A DNA stretch of 64,000 bases from an uncultured delta proteobacterium. GTDB lineage: Bacteria > Desulfobacterota > Binatia > UBA9968. Shown here piece after piece: positions 30,868 to 40,509 of this stretch (position 1 is its first letter; each line of letters opens with the position of its first letter). The position numbers and the translations under genes are program-made. The stretch covers positions 128,001 through 192,000 of the forward strand of contig CAWFJP010000029.1 in assembly GCA_963816145.1 (NCBI GenBank). The letters are read 5' to 3'. The notes under the pieces are model-generated. The model ran no database searches. It was not told the origin of the DNA and was given only the letters and a program-made list of their open reading frames with translations.

Positions 30868-32388
30868 TTGATCATGAAACAGCTGATGGTGATTTTGTTA
30901 TTGTTGGTTTTATCGGCGAGTGCTGCGCTGCGTCCAGCCGATTCGGCCGAGACGCGCATTTCCATCGGCGTGACCGAGACCATGGATACCTTCAATCCTT
31001 ACGCCGACAGCGTTTCCTTGATGTACAGCGTCTGGTGCCAGGTGCTCGGCTGTCTTGGCACCTATGATTTCGACAAGGGGCAGCATGTCGGATTGGTGTT
31101 GGAGAGCTGGGAAGTCAAAGATCCCAACAACTGGCTGTTCCATGTGCGTAAGGGGCTCAAGTTTCACAACGGCACACCGGTAACGGCGCGTGACATCGTC
31201 CATTCCATGGGGCGGACTCGCAGCGACCCGCAGAGCAAGCAGACGCAAAATATTTCGGCGGTGGCGAGCGAGAAGGCGCTCAACGACTATACCGTGCAAG
31301 TGACAACCAAAATTCCGACGGCGCCGTTGCTTGATTACCTGTTCGACCGGATCATCATTACCAGTAAGGATCTCTACGACAAGTATGGTGCCGAGGTCGC
31401 CGACAAGCAGTATCCGTTCGGCGCCGGTCCGTATAAATTTCGCGAGCTGATTCCCGGACAGCGTCTGGTAATCGGCAAAGACAAATCCCACCCGATGTGG
31501 AAGCAGTATCCGCAGGCGCCCGATGAGATCGTCTTTCGCATCATGCGCGAGCCGGAGCAGCGGGTGACGGCGCTGCTCAACAACGAGATTCAAATCGCCC
31601 AGTTCGTGCCGCCGCATTTGCGCGAACGGGTCGAGCGCAGCGCCAACCACAAGATCGTCAAGTTTCACACCGCCGAGCTGATGTTTCTGGCGATGATGCC
31701 AAAGGTAAAGCCGTGGGATAACAAGCTCGTGCGCCAAGCGGTGGCCTACGCCATCGACCGCGACATGATCATCAAGACACTGCTCCGCGGCGAGGCCTCG
31801 CGCCTCGATGGCCCCATCGGCGAGGGGCAATACGGTTACGATCCCAAGCTGCAACCGAAATACACGTACAATCCGGAGAAGGCCAAAGATCTTCTGAAAC
31901 AGGCTGGCTATCCCAACGGCGTCGACGTCGAGCTGCAAACGCCGGTGGGGCGCTATACTTTGGACAAACAGGTGAGCGAAGCGATGATCCCCATGCTCAA
32001 CGCGGCGGGCTTTCGCGCCAAGCTCGCCACTCCGGATTGGGCGACGCTGTGGGCCAACGTGCAAGTCGGCAAGGTGCCGTTCTATTACATGGGCCGCGGC
32101 GGTGTCGTCGATCCCAGTGCGGCGCTATCGCAATACTTCGAAACCGGCGGGTCGCCGCGCATCGGTTACTCGAATCCCAAGGTCGATGAATTACTCAAAC
32201 AAGAGCGGCAAACATTCGACCCGGCCAAACGCAAGAAAGCCTTGGCCGAGGCGATGAGCCTGATCACCGAAGAAGCGCCGGCGCATTTTCTCTGGCGCCA
32301 CCAGTTGCTTTTCGGCATGGCAAAAAACGTCGACTACCGGCCGCTGCCGAGCGAGCGCATCTTTGGCTGGAATATGAAGGTGAAGTGA
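30868..32388 (+). CDS. ABC substrate-binding protein family 5 (DppA/OppA-like)
   Basis: KFHNGTPVTARD, GAGPYK, VRQAVAYAIDR. Confidence 0.93.
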   Translation: MIMKQLMVILLLLVLSASAALRPADSAETRISIGVTETMDTFNPYADSVSLMYSVWCQVLGCLGTYDFDKGQHVGLVLESWEVKDPNNWLFHVRKGLKFHNGTPVTARDIVHSMGRTRSDPQSKQTQNISAVASEKALNDYTVQVTTKIPTAPLLDYLFDRIIITSKDLYDKYGAEVADKQYPFGAGPYKFRELIPGQRLVIGKDKSHPMWKQYPQAPDEIVFRIMREPEQRVTALLNNEIQIAQFVPPHLRERVERSANHKIVKFHTAELMFLAMMPKVKPWDNKLVRQAVAYAIDRDMIIKTLLRGEASRLDGPIGEGQYGYDPKLQPKYTYNPEKAKDLLKQAGYPNGVDVELQTPVGRYTLDKQVSEAMIPMLNAAGFRAKLATPDWATLWANVQVGKVPFYYMGRGGVVDPSAALSQYFETGGSPRIGYSNPKVDELLKQERQTFDPAKRKKALAEAMSLITEEAPAHFLWRHQLLFGMAKNVDYRPLPSERIFGWNMKVK

Positions 32389-32401
32389 GAGTGGAAGGAT
32401 C

Positions 32402-32511
32402 GGAGTGATGGAGTGTTGGAGTGGTGGAGTGTTGGGTAGGACGAGGATCGCGGATGGATGATCGCCGCTTCTAATCCGGAATTTCCCATTACTCCAACAC
32501 TCCAGTACTCC
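32402..32511. repeat. inverted pair of 8-bp periodic arms
   Basis: (GGAGTGNT)x4 ... (ACTCCANN)x3; a second copy lies at 62562-62621. Confidence 0.85.
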
Positions 32512-32576
32512 AATTTGCTCGTCGGCAATCGCGGGCGGCTAAGCAATCATTCTCGCAATAATAAGGAACTCAAGAC

Positions 32577-33215
32577 ATGTCATTGTTGACGAGTCAGGTT
32601 GTGCCGAAGAATTCCGGCGCGGCGTTCGAGCTATTGAAAGGGCAGCGCATCCGCATCGCGGGGCGCAGTATCGTCGACTTTGTCGCGTTTAACTTGCGCG
32701 ATCTGACCGAGCGTTTCGACCAGGCGCGGACCAAGACCAATCAGGTGACGATCTTCATCAGCACCGGCGACGTGCTTTATTCGAAAAGAAACAATCCGAT
32801 GATGACCATCGTCGAGGACACCTTCACCGAAGGGCGCCATGACTTGCAGAAGGGTATGTGCAGCCGCAAGCGCTTCGAGATGGTGGCCCAGGGACAGTCG
32901 AAACGGGTGTTTGCCGAAGGCGTCGATATCAATCCCAAGAAGGCCGAGGAGATTCCCACCCATGGCTGTTGGGAGAACTTGAGCACCGCGGTGCAGCCGT
33001 GGAACATCGCGCCCGATGACGTGCCGAGCCCGTTCAATATTTTTCAGTGCATGCGCATCGATCCGGACAGCGGAGTGATGTACGACACGATGATCCGGCC
33101 GAAAGATGAAGCCCATGTCGACTTTCGCGCCGAGATGGATCTGCTGGTCGCGGCCAGCGCTTGTCCGGAGTCGGGAAGAGGGCAAGCGATCAGGGTGGAA
33201 ATTCACGACCGGTAA
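32577..33215 (+). CDS. DUF1989 / urea-carboxylase-associated family protein
   Basis: IVDFVAFN, HDLQKGMC, GCWENL, PSPFNIF, RAEMDLLVAASACP. Confidence 0.9.
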   Translation: MSLLTSQVVPKNSGAAFELLKGQRIRIAGRSIVDFVAFNLRDLTERFDQARTKTNQVTIFISTGDVLYSKRNNPMMTIVEDTFTEGRHDLQKGMCSRKRFEMVAQGQSKRVFAEGVDINPKKAEEIPTHGCWENLSTAVQPWNIAPDDVPSPFNIFQCMRIDPDSGVMYDTMIRPKDEAHVDFRAEMDLLVAASACPESGRGQAIRVEIHDR

Positions 33216-33223
33216 TCGGAATT

Positions 33224-33340
33224 TTAACCGCAGAGAACGCAAAGCGCGCAAAGGGAGATACTCACCACGAAGACACGAAGATCACGAAGGTAAGAAAAAA
33301 ATAAATTCCCAACTTCGTGTCCTTCGTGCCTTCGTGGTGA
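33224..33340. repeat. CGCAAAG arm plus empty CACGAAG-triad element
   Basis: TTAACCGCAGAGAACGCAAAGCGCGCAAAG, then TCACCACGAAGACACGAAGATCACGAAG ... CTTCGTGTCCTTCGTGCCTTCGTGGTGA. Confidence 0.9.
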
Positions 33341-33375
33341 ACCAGAATTCCCGGTTAATAGGCTGAAAAAACAAA

Positions 33376-34548
33376 ATGGCAGGTACATCATTTACTTTTA
33401 ACAATCCGCATGTCGAGCGGGTGATTTCGGGGCAGGGCTCATTGGGCAGGTTGGCTGAGGAAGTCGAGCGGCTCGGCGGCACGCGGGCGCTGCTGTTGAT
33501 CTCGCCGTCGGTGGCGAAGACTTTTCTCCTGGACAAAATCAAAACCGGGCTCGGCGGCAAATGCGCTGCGGTGTTCGATCAAGTAAAGCCGCACTCGCCG
33601 ACGGAGTCGATCGAGAAAGCGGTCGAGCTGGCGCGGGATTCAAAAATCGACATTCTGGTCAGCGTCGGCGGCGGCAGCGCTATCGATACCGGCAAGGGCG
33701 TGGCGGCGCTGTTGGCCGAGGGCGGCGCGCTGCCGCGTTTCGGCGTGCGCTTCACGCCGCCGAATAAAAAAGAGGTGCCGCCCATGCCGGCGCCGAAGAT
33801 TCCCCATATCGCGATCCCGACCACGCTGTCGGGCGGCGAGTACAGTTACTCCGCCGGCATCACCGAAGGTGGCAAGAAATTCATTGTCGCCGATCCCAAG
33901 CTGGCGCCGAAAACGGTGCTACTCGATCCAGAAGCGGCGGCGACGGCGCCCGGCCGTCTGCTCGCGGCGTCGGGGATGAATTCGCTGGCGCACTGCGTCG
34001 AAGCGGTCTATTCCACCGAGACCCAGCCGCTGACGGAAGCCTATTGCCTTGCCGGCATCGGCTTGATCGCGCGCTACCTGCCGCGGGCGGTGGCGGATTC
34101 CACTGATCTCGAAGCGCTCAGTCATGTCCAAGTGGCGGCCTGTTTGTCGGGCATGGGTGTTTACAGCGCCTGGACCGGTATCCATCACGCCATCGTCCAT
34201 GTCATCGGCGGCCGCTACAAAGCGCCGCACGCGGAAATCCACGCATTGATGCTGCCCCACGGCATGCGCTGGAACTTGGATGCGGTCGAGCGCCATTACC
34301 TGCGCATGGCGCGGGAGATCGGCATCGAAGCGGCGAACGAAAAAGAGTTGGCCGCTGCCGTGCCGGAATACGTTTACGGCATGAATCAGAAAATGGGCCT
34401 GCCGCTCAAACTGCGCGACCTCGGCGTGCCGCGCGACGGTTTGAAGCAGTTGTCGGTGGATACTTTGGGCGATTACAGCATTCATACCAATCCCAAGCCG
34501 GTGCGCAGCGCCGAGCAGGTGCTGGAGGTGTTGGAAGCGGCATGGTGA
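33376..34548 (+). CDS. iron-containing alcohol dehydrogenase / maleylacetate reductase-like protein
   Basis: GGGSAIDTGK, IPTTLSG, LAHCVEA, HHAIVH..GG...PHAE. Confidence 0.92.
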   Translation: MAGTSFTFNNPHVERVISGQGSLGRLAEEVERLGGTRALLLISPSVAKTFLLDKIKTGLGGKCAAVFDQVKPHSPTESIEKAVELARDSKIDILVSVGGGSAIDTGKGVAALLAEGGALPRFGVRFTPPNKKEVPPMPAPKIPHIAIPTTLSGGEYSYSAGITEGGKKFIVADPKLAPKTVLLDPEAAATAPGRLLAASGMNSLAHCVEAVYSTETQPLTEAYCLAGIGLIARYLPRAVADSTDLEALSHVQVAACLSGMGVYSAWTGIHHAIVHVIGGRYKAPHAEIHALMLPHGMRWNLDAVERHYLRMAREIGIEAANEKELAAAVPEYVYGMNQKMGLPLKLRDLGVPRDGLKQLSVDTLGDYSIHTNPKPVRSAEQVLEVLEAAW

Positions 34549-34662
34549 AGTGAATAGATTTGTTTTCTATCTCCCGCAAAGGCGCAAAGACGCAAAGTTT
34601 AGGGAATTGAATTCCGATTCATAACGGTAGGGGCGACCGGCGGTCGCCCGTCCGCCTCTCAC

Positions 34663-35857
34663 ATGACTCCTGAAGACGCGATCAAGATCGTAAATCAATT
34701 CGCTAACGATGATGAGATCGACAGGTTGCTTGTCGACCTTCTCCGCGCGCCGTCGCCGCACACGGAACTTCAGGAAGCCGATCCTAATCTGAAACAATTC
34801 GTTGCTGGTTTAGTTGCACCGCGCCTGAAAATGTTAGCCGGACGCGCGGGATCGATCGACGGCATGGGTAATTTGATTTGGCAGTATGGTGCAAATACCG
34901 GCGAACCGGGCTTGCTGTTGATGGGCTATGCGATGACGTTTCCGGCGGGCGGCATGAAAGAGCCGTTTTCGGGCGCGATCGTCGATGGCGCGCCGTTCGG
35001 TATTGCTGGCAATTGCGCGACGGGCCGTGGCGCCTGTGAGCAAAAGGGCGCGTTGGCGGCGATGATGTACGCGGCGGCGATTGTCGCGCGTGCGCAAGTG
35101 AAGCTGCGCGCGCCGCTGATTCTTGCGGTGAGCGTGGCGGGAGAGACGGGCCGTCACGATGCAGCTCAGTTCATACTTGATCAAAATTCGATTCACGCGA
35201 AGGCCGGCATCGTCGGCTTGGGAACGACCAACCGCATCTGCCTCGGCAATAAAGGGCGGATCGATATTGAAGTTACCGTGCGCGGCAAGTCGGCCCATAG
35301 CAGCATGCCATGGGAAGGCATCAACGCCGTCGACGGCGCGCGCAAAGTATTGGAGCGCCTCGATCGCCTTGATCTCGGTAACGAACACCCCGGCCTCGGC
35401 AAGGCCACGCTGACGGTGACGCAGATCAAAAGCGCGCCGGAGATCGGTCACACGGTGCCGGATAGCTGCCGGATCATTCTCGACCGAAGGCTGCTGCCCG
35501 GTGACGACCCGGAGAGGGTGTTGCGTGATATTCAAGGTGCCGTGATCGATATGCCGCCGTGGTCGGTCGAAGTCACACGCGGCGCGTTTATGTATCCGTC
35601 CGAAGTTGGTGCCGATTGTACCGTTGCATCAGCGGTGCGCGGAGTTAGTCGCGCATTGAAACGGACGAGACGCCGAAGTCTTCTATTCGCCTGCGGCTTT
35701 AGATGCTGGCTATCTCAATCAGCGCGGTATTGAGACCATCATGCTCGGTCCGGGAGATCTGCGCTTCGCCCACACCGATCAGGAAGTTGTGTCGCTGCAG
35801 GAGGTTCGCGACGCGGCGCGGATTTACGCTGCGACGGCGTTGGAGTTGCTGGGTTAA
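34663..35857 (+). CDS. M20 family metallohydrolase, split by a 1-nt frameshift at ~35660
   Basis: GRGACEQKG, GKSAHSS. Removing one A at 35659-35661 gives LNGRDAEVFY...DAGYL...LGPG...AHTDQE...LLG*. Confidence 0.85.
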
Positions 35858-35971
35858 TTGAAAAGGAACGCAAACAGCAGGCTGATTATGGATAAAGAAG
35901 ATTGAATCGACGAAATGTGGGGGAATCCGGGCTCGAGTTGGACTGACAGACCAGTCTCCTTAGCATGCAAC

Positions 35972-36058
35972 GGCTAACGACCGCGGTCAGCACTGCGGCC
36001 GGCGCGCTGTCAGCCACTGGAAGAGCTGATGCCGGCGCGTCTGTGAGCGGCGTTCGTC
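35972..36058 (-). other. degenerate attC-like site
   Basis: Minus strand GACGAAC GCCGC ... inner hairpin ... GCTGACC GCGGTC GTTAGCC, followed by SD AAGGAG. Confidence 0.5.
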
Positions 36059-36796
36059 CTAGAATTCTTGAAGCCCGAAACTACGCTGAACTTCTCACGC
36101 TAGCGGAAGTCCGGATCAGTTCGGGCGGCAGATTCCAGTCGGCTGTCCGCGATCCCGCTCGGGCAGGTGTATGGCGGCGATCCCCTCCTGATGCGTGCCC
36201 ACCAGGATGGCCGCTTCAGGGGAACGACCCGATTGCTGAAACCTGGCCCCCATTGACGTAGCACATAGTATCGGGTTCGATCAGCAGTCCAAGCCCGTAT
36301 CTGGCCAAACCGACCTGGGCTACCCGACCGGAGTCCACGAGCCGACTGCGAGCTCTGGATAAACCCAAAGGAAGCCCCCTCATGAACTTGGAAGGTAGCA
36401 GCGTCGGCCCTGTTACGAATTGGAACTCGCGGCGGTCATATCATGGCGACGCACGACAGTGAGCATCTTCGAAATGGCGACGGATAGGTGCCCGATGACG
36501 ACCGTCAGGTCGAACCTAGTGCGACGGAGGGATCATACGCCGACGATCGTGGCAGGTATGGCCGTCCCACGACCGAAGTCAGCCATCGCGTGGTGGCCGG
36601 CAGATAGGGGATCCGAGCATGCCGTGGCCTTGGCCACTCTGGCGGACTGAAAGGGACCTGCAAAGCGCACCATAACTCCGCACGCTGGGGACCTCGACTC
36701 ACGGCTCCGAATTCAGTCGCTCTCCGGGCAGCACGCCCCTCCAAGGCGATTCGTCCGCAACGCGTGTCAGCCAGCAGACCGTTGTGGCCTACTGCC

Positions 36797-36852
36797 GCCT
36801 AACTACTAATCTACAGATCGGCCTTTGTGGATATTAATATCTGCAAAGGCCG
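36797..36852 (-). other. attI-like GTTRRRY core next to a 34-bp palindrome
   Basis: Minus strand TCTGTAGATTAGTA GTTAGGC; palindrome CGGCCTTTGTGGATATTAATATCTGCAAAGGCCG at 36819-36852. Confidence 0.35.
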
Positions 36853-37045
36853 CCTGCAAAGTTAAAGCCATCACGTCGCTGATTTTGAGCCCCGTGGCTT
36901 CTCGATTGTAAAATTTTCTGCGACGTAGGTGCTTTTGTTGGCGCACACAGATGTCCTTTAATAGTTGGGGGCAGCTGCCTGTGGTTTCCCTCCGTAAAGG
37001 GCAGACACGGGGGTTGCCCCTACAAAGGTTCACGTCGATCCGCGT

Positions 37046-37868
37046 TTACGCCGAGATTTCAAACGTCAGCAACTGCCGCGCCGCCTTGTGATACGCCTCC
37101 GCTACCGCCGCTTCTGTCTTTTCCGCTGGCGGGGCGACGATGCGGGCGCGGGCGGAGACTTTTAGCGGGCTGATGTCCCAGGGGTAGGGATCGAAGATCA
37201 CCGAGCCGGGGCCGTTGGGTTTGATCGTCAGCGTCACGGTTTCGTTGCTGTCGTAGGAGACGCGCACCGGGGCGATTTTGTATTCCTTGAATTCATTTTC
37301 GTTGGCGTAGCCGTCGCAGCAAAAATACAGCGACAGCAAATCGAAAATTTGCAGCGCCATGTAGTTGTAGGCGAGTTCGTTTTCGAATCCCGGTTCCAAT
37401 TCCATCAGTTTGCGCTTGATCTCGGCTTGCTGGCTCTCCAGTTTGATTTTGGCGTCCTTGACCGGTGCGCTGCGCTCGCGCAGACGGCCGGCGGGCTCGG
37501 TGAAAATATTATAACGGTTGTGCCACAGGCCGGTGCGGTGCATGGAGACGAGCAGTCCGGCGTAGGGATCTTGCGAGGTCACCCATTCGGCGTTCTTGCG
37601 TGTAGGCTTTGAGTTCCGTCGCTTCGAAATTCGGCACGTCTTCGCGGTGCGCGTAGGGGCGGCCCTTGGCGACGTTCATCGGCGGGTTGCCTTCGAACTC
37701 GCGGTAGCCGCTGTCGTGCAGCGTCGTGGCTAACATCATGGTTTGGTAGGGACGCAGTTTCGAGAAACGGGCGTTGCCCCAATGGGCGGCGAATTGCGCC
37801 GCTAACTCGGCGTGATCTTCTTGCGAGCTGACATAGGACCGGCCGTCTTTCATTTCTCTGATAACCAT
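37046..37868 (-). CDS. DUF3891 family protein, split by a 1-nt frameshift at ~37596
   Basis: SQEDHAELAAQFAAHWGN, LHDSGY; second frame DPYAGLLVSMH and QIFDLLSLYFC. Confidence 0.85.
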
Positions 37869-38135
37869 GGGTTCCTCCTGTTTGGTTTTGTAGCGTTGTA
37901 GTAGCGCCTTCTGTGGATTCCTACTGCGCCGGGGGTATGACCGTCGATTGTCGATGCGCCCATCGTATACCTCGCGGTTGGGACGTTGTTGCGTTGTAAC
38001 CCGTTAGTGCGATCCAATGTGCTTGTCCCTTAGGCGGGCAGAGACATAGGCCTGCCTTATCTTAGATCGTTCGGTGCATGTTACCGATTGTCAGTTCCGC
38101 CGCCAATTTTGTCAGCCACTGGAGCTAAATCGTCA

Positions 38136-38474
38136 TTACTCTTGCTCGCGCAAGAAGGCAAGGTGGCTACGGATAATTTCAATAACGTCGGCGCCGGCTT
38201 CCTCCTCAGAGATCAAGCCGCGGTGGATAGCGTGCGCGACCGCGAATTCGAGATTCGAGTGGTCATACTTCGAGAAGAGCGATCGAGCCGGGCCTTGATG
38301 AAAGCGATGGATGCGTTCCGTAAGGTCGTGGGCATCGATCTCGCCTGCGCGCCATCGGCCAAAATCCTCTTCGACTTTCGACAGCTCCGCGGCAAGATCG
38401 CGCTCGTAAGCCATGGCGCCGAGTTCTCGGAGTCTACGACGCTGAGCTTTTGTGATTTGGCGGCTCGTTTCCAT
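38136..38474 (-). CDS. hypothetical protein, probable gene cassette
   Basis: Starts ~20 bp after the attC-like GTTGAAC. Confidence 0.7.
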   Translation of the reverse strand: METSRQITKAQRRRLRELGAMAYERDLAAELSKVEEDFGRWRAGEIDAHDLTERIHRFHQGPARSLFSKYDHSNLEFAVAHAIHRGLISEEEAGADVIEIIRSHLAFLREQE

Positions 38475-38495
38475 CTGCTCTGCTCTACTTTGTCC

Positions 38496-38553
38496 GTTCA
38501 ACAATGGCGGTCAGCGGCGTGTGCGGTGCTTCGGCTGGGGTGCTTGGTTAGAT
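38496..38553 (-). other. attC-like site (58 bp)
   Basis: ATCTAAC-N5-ACCCCAGC...GCTGACC-N6-GTTGAAC, overlapping the 3' end of the antitoxin gene. Confidence 0.6.
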
Positions 38554-38831
38554 CGACGGGCGATGCCGTAGGGAGCGAGTTCTTCTCTGACCGCTTGGCG
38601 CACGATGTCGAGAGTCGAGCGGCGATGAACATATTCAAGCAAGGCGTCATTAATGAGGGTCTGATAGTTCCCCCCCCCCGCCGCCTCTACGAGACTCCGA
38701 AAGTATTCCAGGACGAGGTTGTCCAACCGGATGGAGATCTTCGTCTTTCCCGGCTCAGGCTTGACGATGGCACCGCGCTTTGCACGCGAGAAGTCGATAT
38801 CGCGGTACTTTTCAGCGACGACCTTTTTCAT
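38511..38831 (-). CDS. BrnA family antitoxin
   Basis: DFSRAKRG, KTKISIRLD..VLEYF, NYQTLINDAL. Confidence 0.9.
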   Translation of the reverse strand: MKKVVAEKYRDIDFSRAKRGAIVKPEPGKTKISIRLDNLVLEYFRSLVEAAGGGNYQTLINDALLEYVHRRSTLDIVRQAVREELAPYGIARRSNQAPQPKHRTRR

Positions 38832-39057
38832 AAAGCATCCTTTGTCGTTTGTTCGCCTTCCAAGCAGAAATGATTCGGATGATATCTGGTTCACGGTACG
38901 AATAGACCACTACACGCAAATTTCCAAGGTTGCTGAGGCCAAGAGTCACAAAGCGTGGTTCTGCCACCCCATCAGGGTCTTCACGGGTCAGGGCGAAGTG
39001 GTCGAAGTGGCGCACTTCGCCTCGGGCGGCGGTTGGGTCTGTTTCGGCGCCTGCCAT
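38812..39057 (-). pseudogene. BrnT family toxin with degenerate N-terminus
   Basis: EPRFVTLG, VVVYSYR, IRIISAWKA present; the usual WD..K...N..KHG N-terminus is absent. Confidence 0.75.
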
Positions 39058-39108
39058 CTTAGCGACCTCGAAACTAATGGTTATTGCCAATAAGCCGAGC
39101 GGGCAGAA

Positions 39109-39248
39109 ATCGGTCGATACCAACGTGATTTGTCTTGCCGTCATTCCGGCGTAGGCCGGAATCCAGGTTCTCTTTGATCCTACAACAATAGCCAAGATGG
39201 ATGCCGGCCTCCGCCGGCATGACGGATTCCACGCTTGACGGCAACCGA
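39109..39248. mobile_element. MITE-like shell around a GTCAT REP pair
   Basis: Imperfect ends TCGGTCGATACCAA / TTGACGGCAACCGA; internal GTCATTCCGGCGTAGGCCGGAATCCA ... TGGATGCCGGCCTCCGCCGGCATGAC. Confidence 0.55.
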
Positions 39249-39320
39249 GGGATTACGACTATCCCCAAGTGTGACATTACTCGGACCATGCCATAGTCGA
39301 TCGAACTTTTACAAATTCCT

Positions 39321-40373
39321 TTACAGCGGTACGGGAACTTCCTTGATTCCTAATTCCGCCGCCAGCTGTGTGAGGTTGCTCCAAGTGGATGCCTCGATGT
39401 CGACGCCTTCCTGCTTATTCTTCGCTTCTCGCCGTCGGCCGGATTCTCCTGGCAAGAGAATCTCGCTGAAGCCCGGCGCGCATTTCGTTGATTTAATAAA
39501 GGCGATGAGCTCGTCAACTTTATCGTAGAAAGTCTCTAAATCTTGAAATTCTTCGACGGCGATGGCCTGGAGAAAAAGTCCATTGACGCCATGGCCGCGG
39601 TTGTCCCAATAGAGCCGCCCCATGCCGTTGCCGGACAGCAGGCCGCCGAGGATTTCGGTCATCAACGCGATGCCTGAACCCTTGTGGCCGCCGAAGGCGG
39701 TGAAGACACCGCGCGGCGGGCCGCGGAAAGTTTTGAAATCGGTGGTCGGGTTGCCATGGCCGTCGAGCATGACGCCCTCGGGGATTTTTTCTTTGTTGCG
39801 CACGCGCTTTTGGATTTCACCCATGCTCATGGACGCGGTGGCGAAGTCCAGAATGATCTGCTTGCCGCCTCGCGCCGGAATGCCGAAGGCCATCGGGTTG
39901 GTGCCGGTGATCGGCGCCATGGCGCCGTAGAGCGCAGTCACCGCCGAGCCGACGCTGGCGGCGGCCATGCCGATCATGCCCTGGTCGGCGGCCATCTCCA
40001 TGTAGTCGGCGAGCCGCCCGGTGTGGCCGGCGCGGCGCAGGCAGACGATGCCGGCGCCATGTTCTTTGGCTTTCTTGATCGCCAGCTCCATGGCGAAGTG
40101 AGCCGCGACTTGGCCGATGTAATGCTTGCCGTCGACCACCGCGGTGATCTTGCCTTCGCGCTCGACGGCCGGCTTGTCTTTGATCTGATAGGTGCCGTCT
40201 TTGATCCAGTTGAGATAGGGATTGACGCGTATCACGCCATGGCCGGGGTAGCCGCGCAGCTCAGCGCGGACCAGCAGTCGCGCGACCAGATCGGCGTCGT
40301 CGCGTGCCATGCCGCCGGTTGAAAGAAGTTGGTTACAAAATTTGAGTAATTGTTGGTGATCGATTTTGGGCAC
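39321..40373 (-). CDS. Ldh_2 family oxidoreductase (malate/sulfolactate/ureidoglycolate dehydrogenase-like)
   Basis: GHG, HTGRLA, GTNPMAFG, LDFATA, GGHKGSG, LPGE. Confidence 0.93.
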   Translation of the reverse strand: MPKIDHQQLLKFCNQLLSTGGMARDDADLVARLLVRAELRGYPGHGVIRVNPYLNWIKDGTYQIKDKPAVEREGKITAVVDGKHYIGQVAAHFAMELAIKKAKEHGAGIVCLRRAGHTGRLADYMEMAADQGMIGMAAASVGSAVTALYGAMAPITGTNPMAFGIPARGGKQIILDFATASMSMGEIQKRVRNKEKIPEGVMLDGHGNPTTDFKTFRGPPRGVFTAFGGHKGSGIALMTEILGGLLSGNGMGRLYWDNRGHGVNGLFLQAIAVEEFQDLETFYDKVDELIAFIKSTKCAPGFSEILLPGESGRRREAKNKQEGVDIEASTWSNLTQLAAELGIKEVPVPL

Positions 40374-40406
40374 GGGTGCTTCCTACTCTGAAGAAAATGC
40401 GTTTTC

Positions 40407-40486
40407 TCACCACGAAGGCACGAAGGACACGAAGGTTCGGAGCTTATTTTTCTTAAACTTCGTGCTCTTCGTGTCCTTCGTGGTGA
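40407..40486. repeat. empty CACGAAG-triad inverted-repeat element
   Basis: TCACCACGAAGGCACGAAGGACACGAAG ... CTTCGTGCTCTTCGTGTCCTTCGTGGTGA. Confidence 0.9.
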
Positions 40487-40509
40487 AACTAATCTTCGCT
40501 TTCTTGCTC

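Noticed and set aside
30910-32064. Long antisense or shifted ORFs (also 61244..62473, 38088..38873, 57612..58388)
   Set aside because: Typical GC-rich shadow frames overlapping genes with clear motifs.
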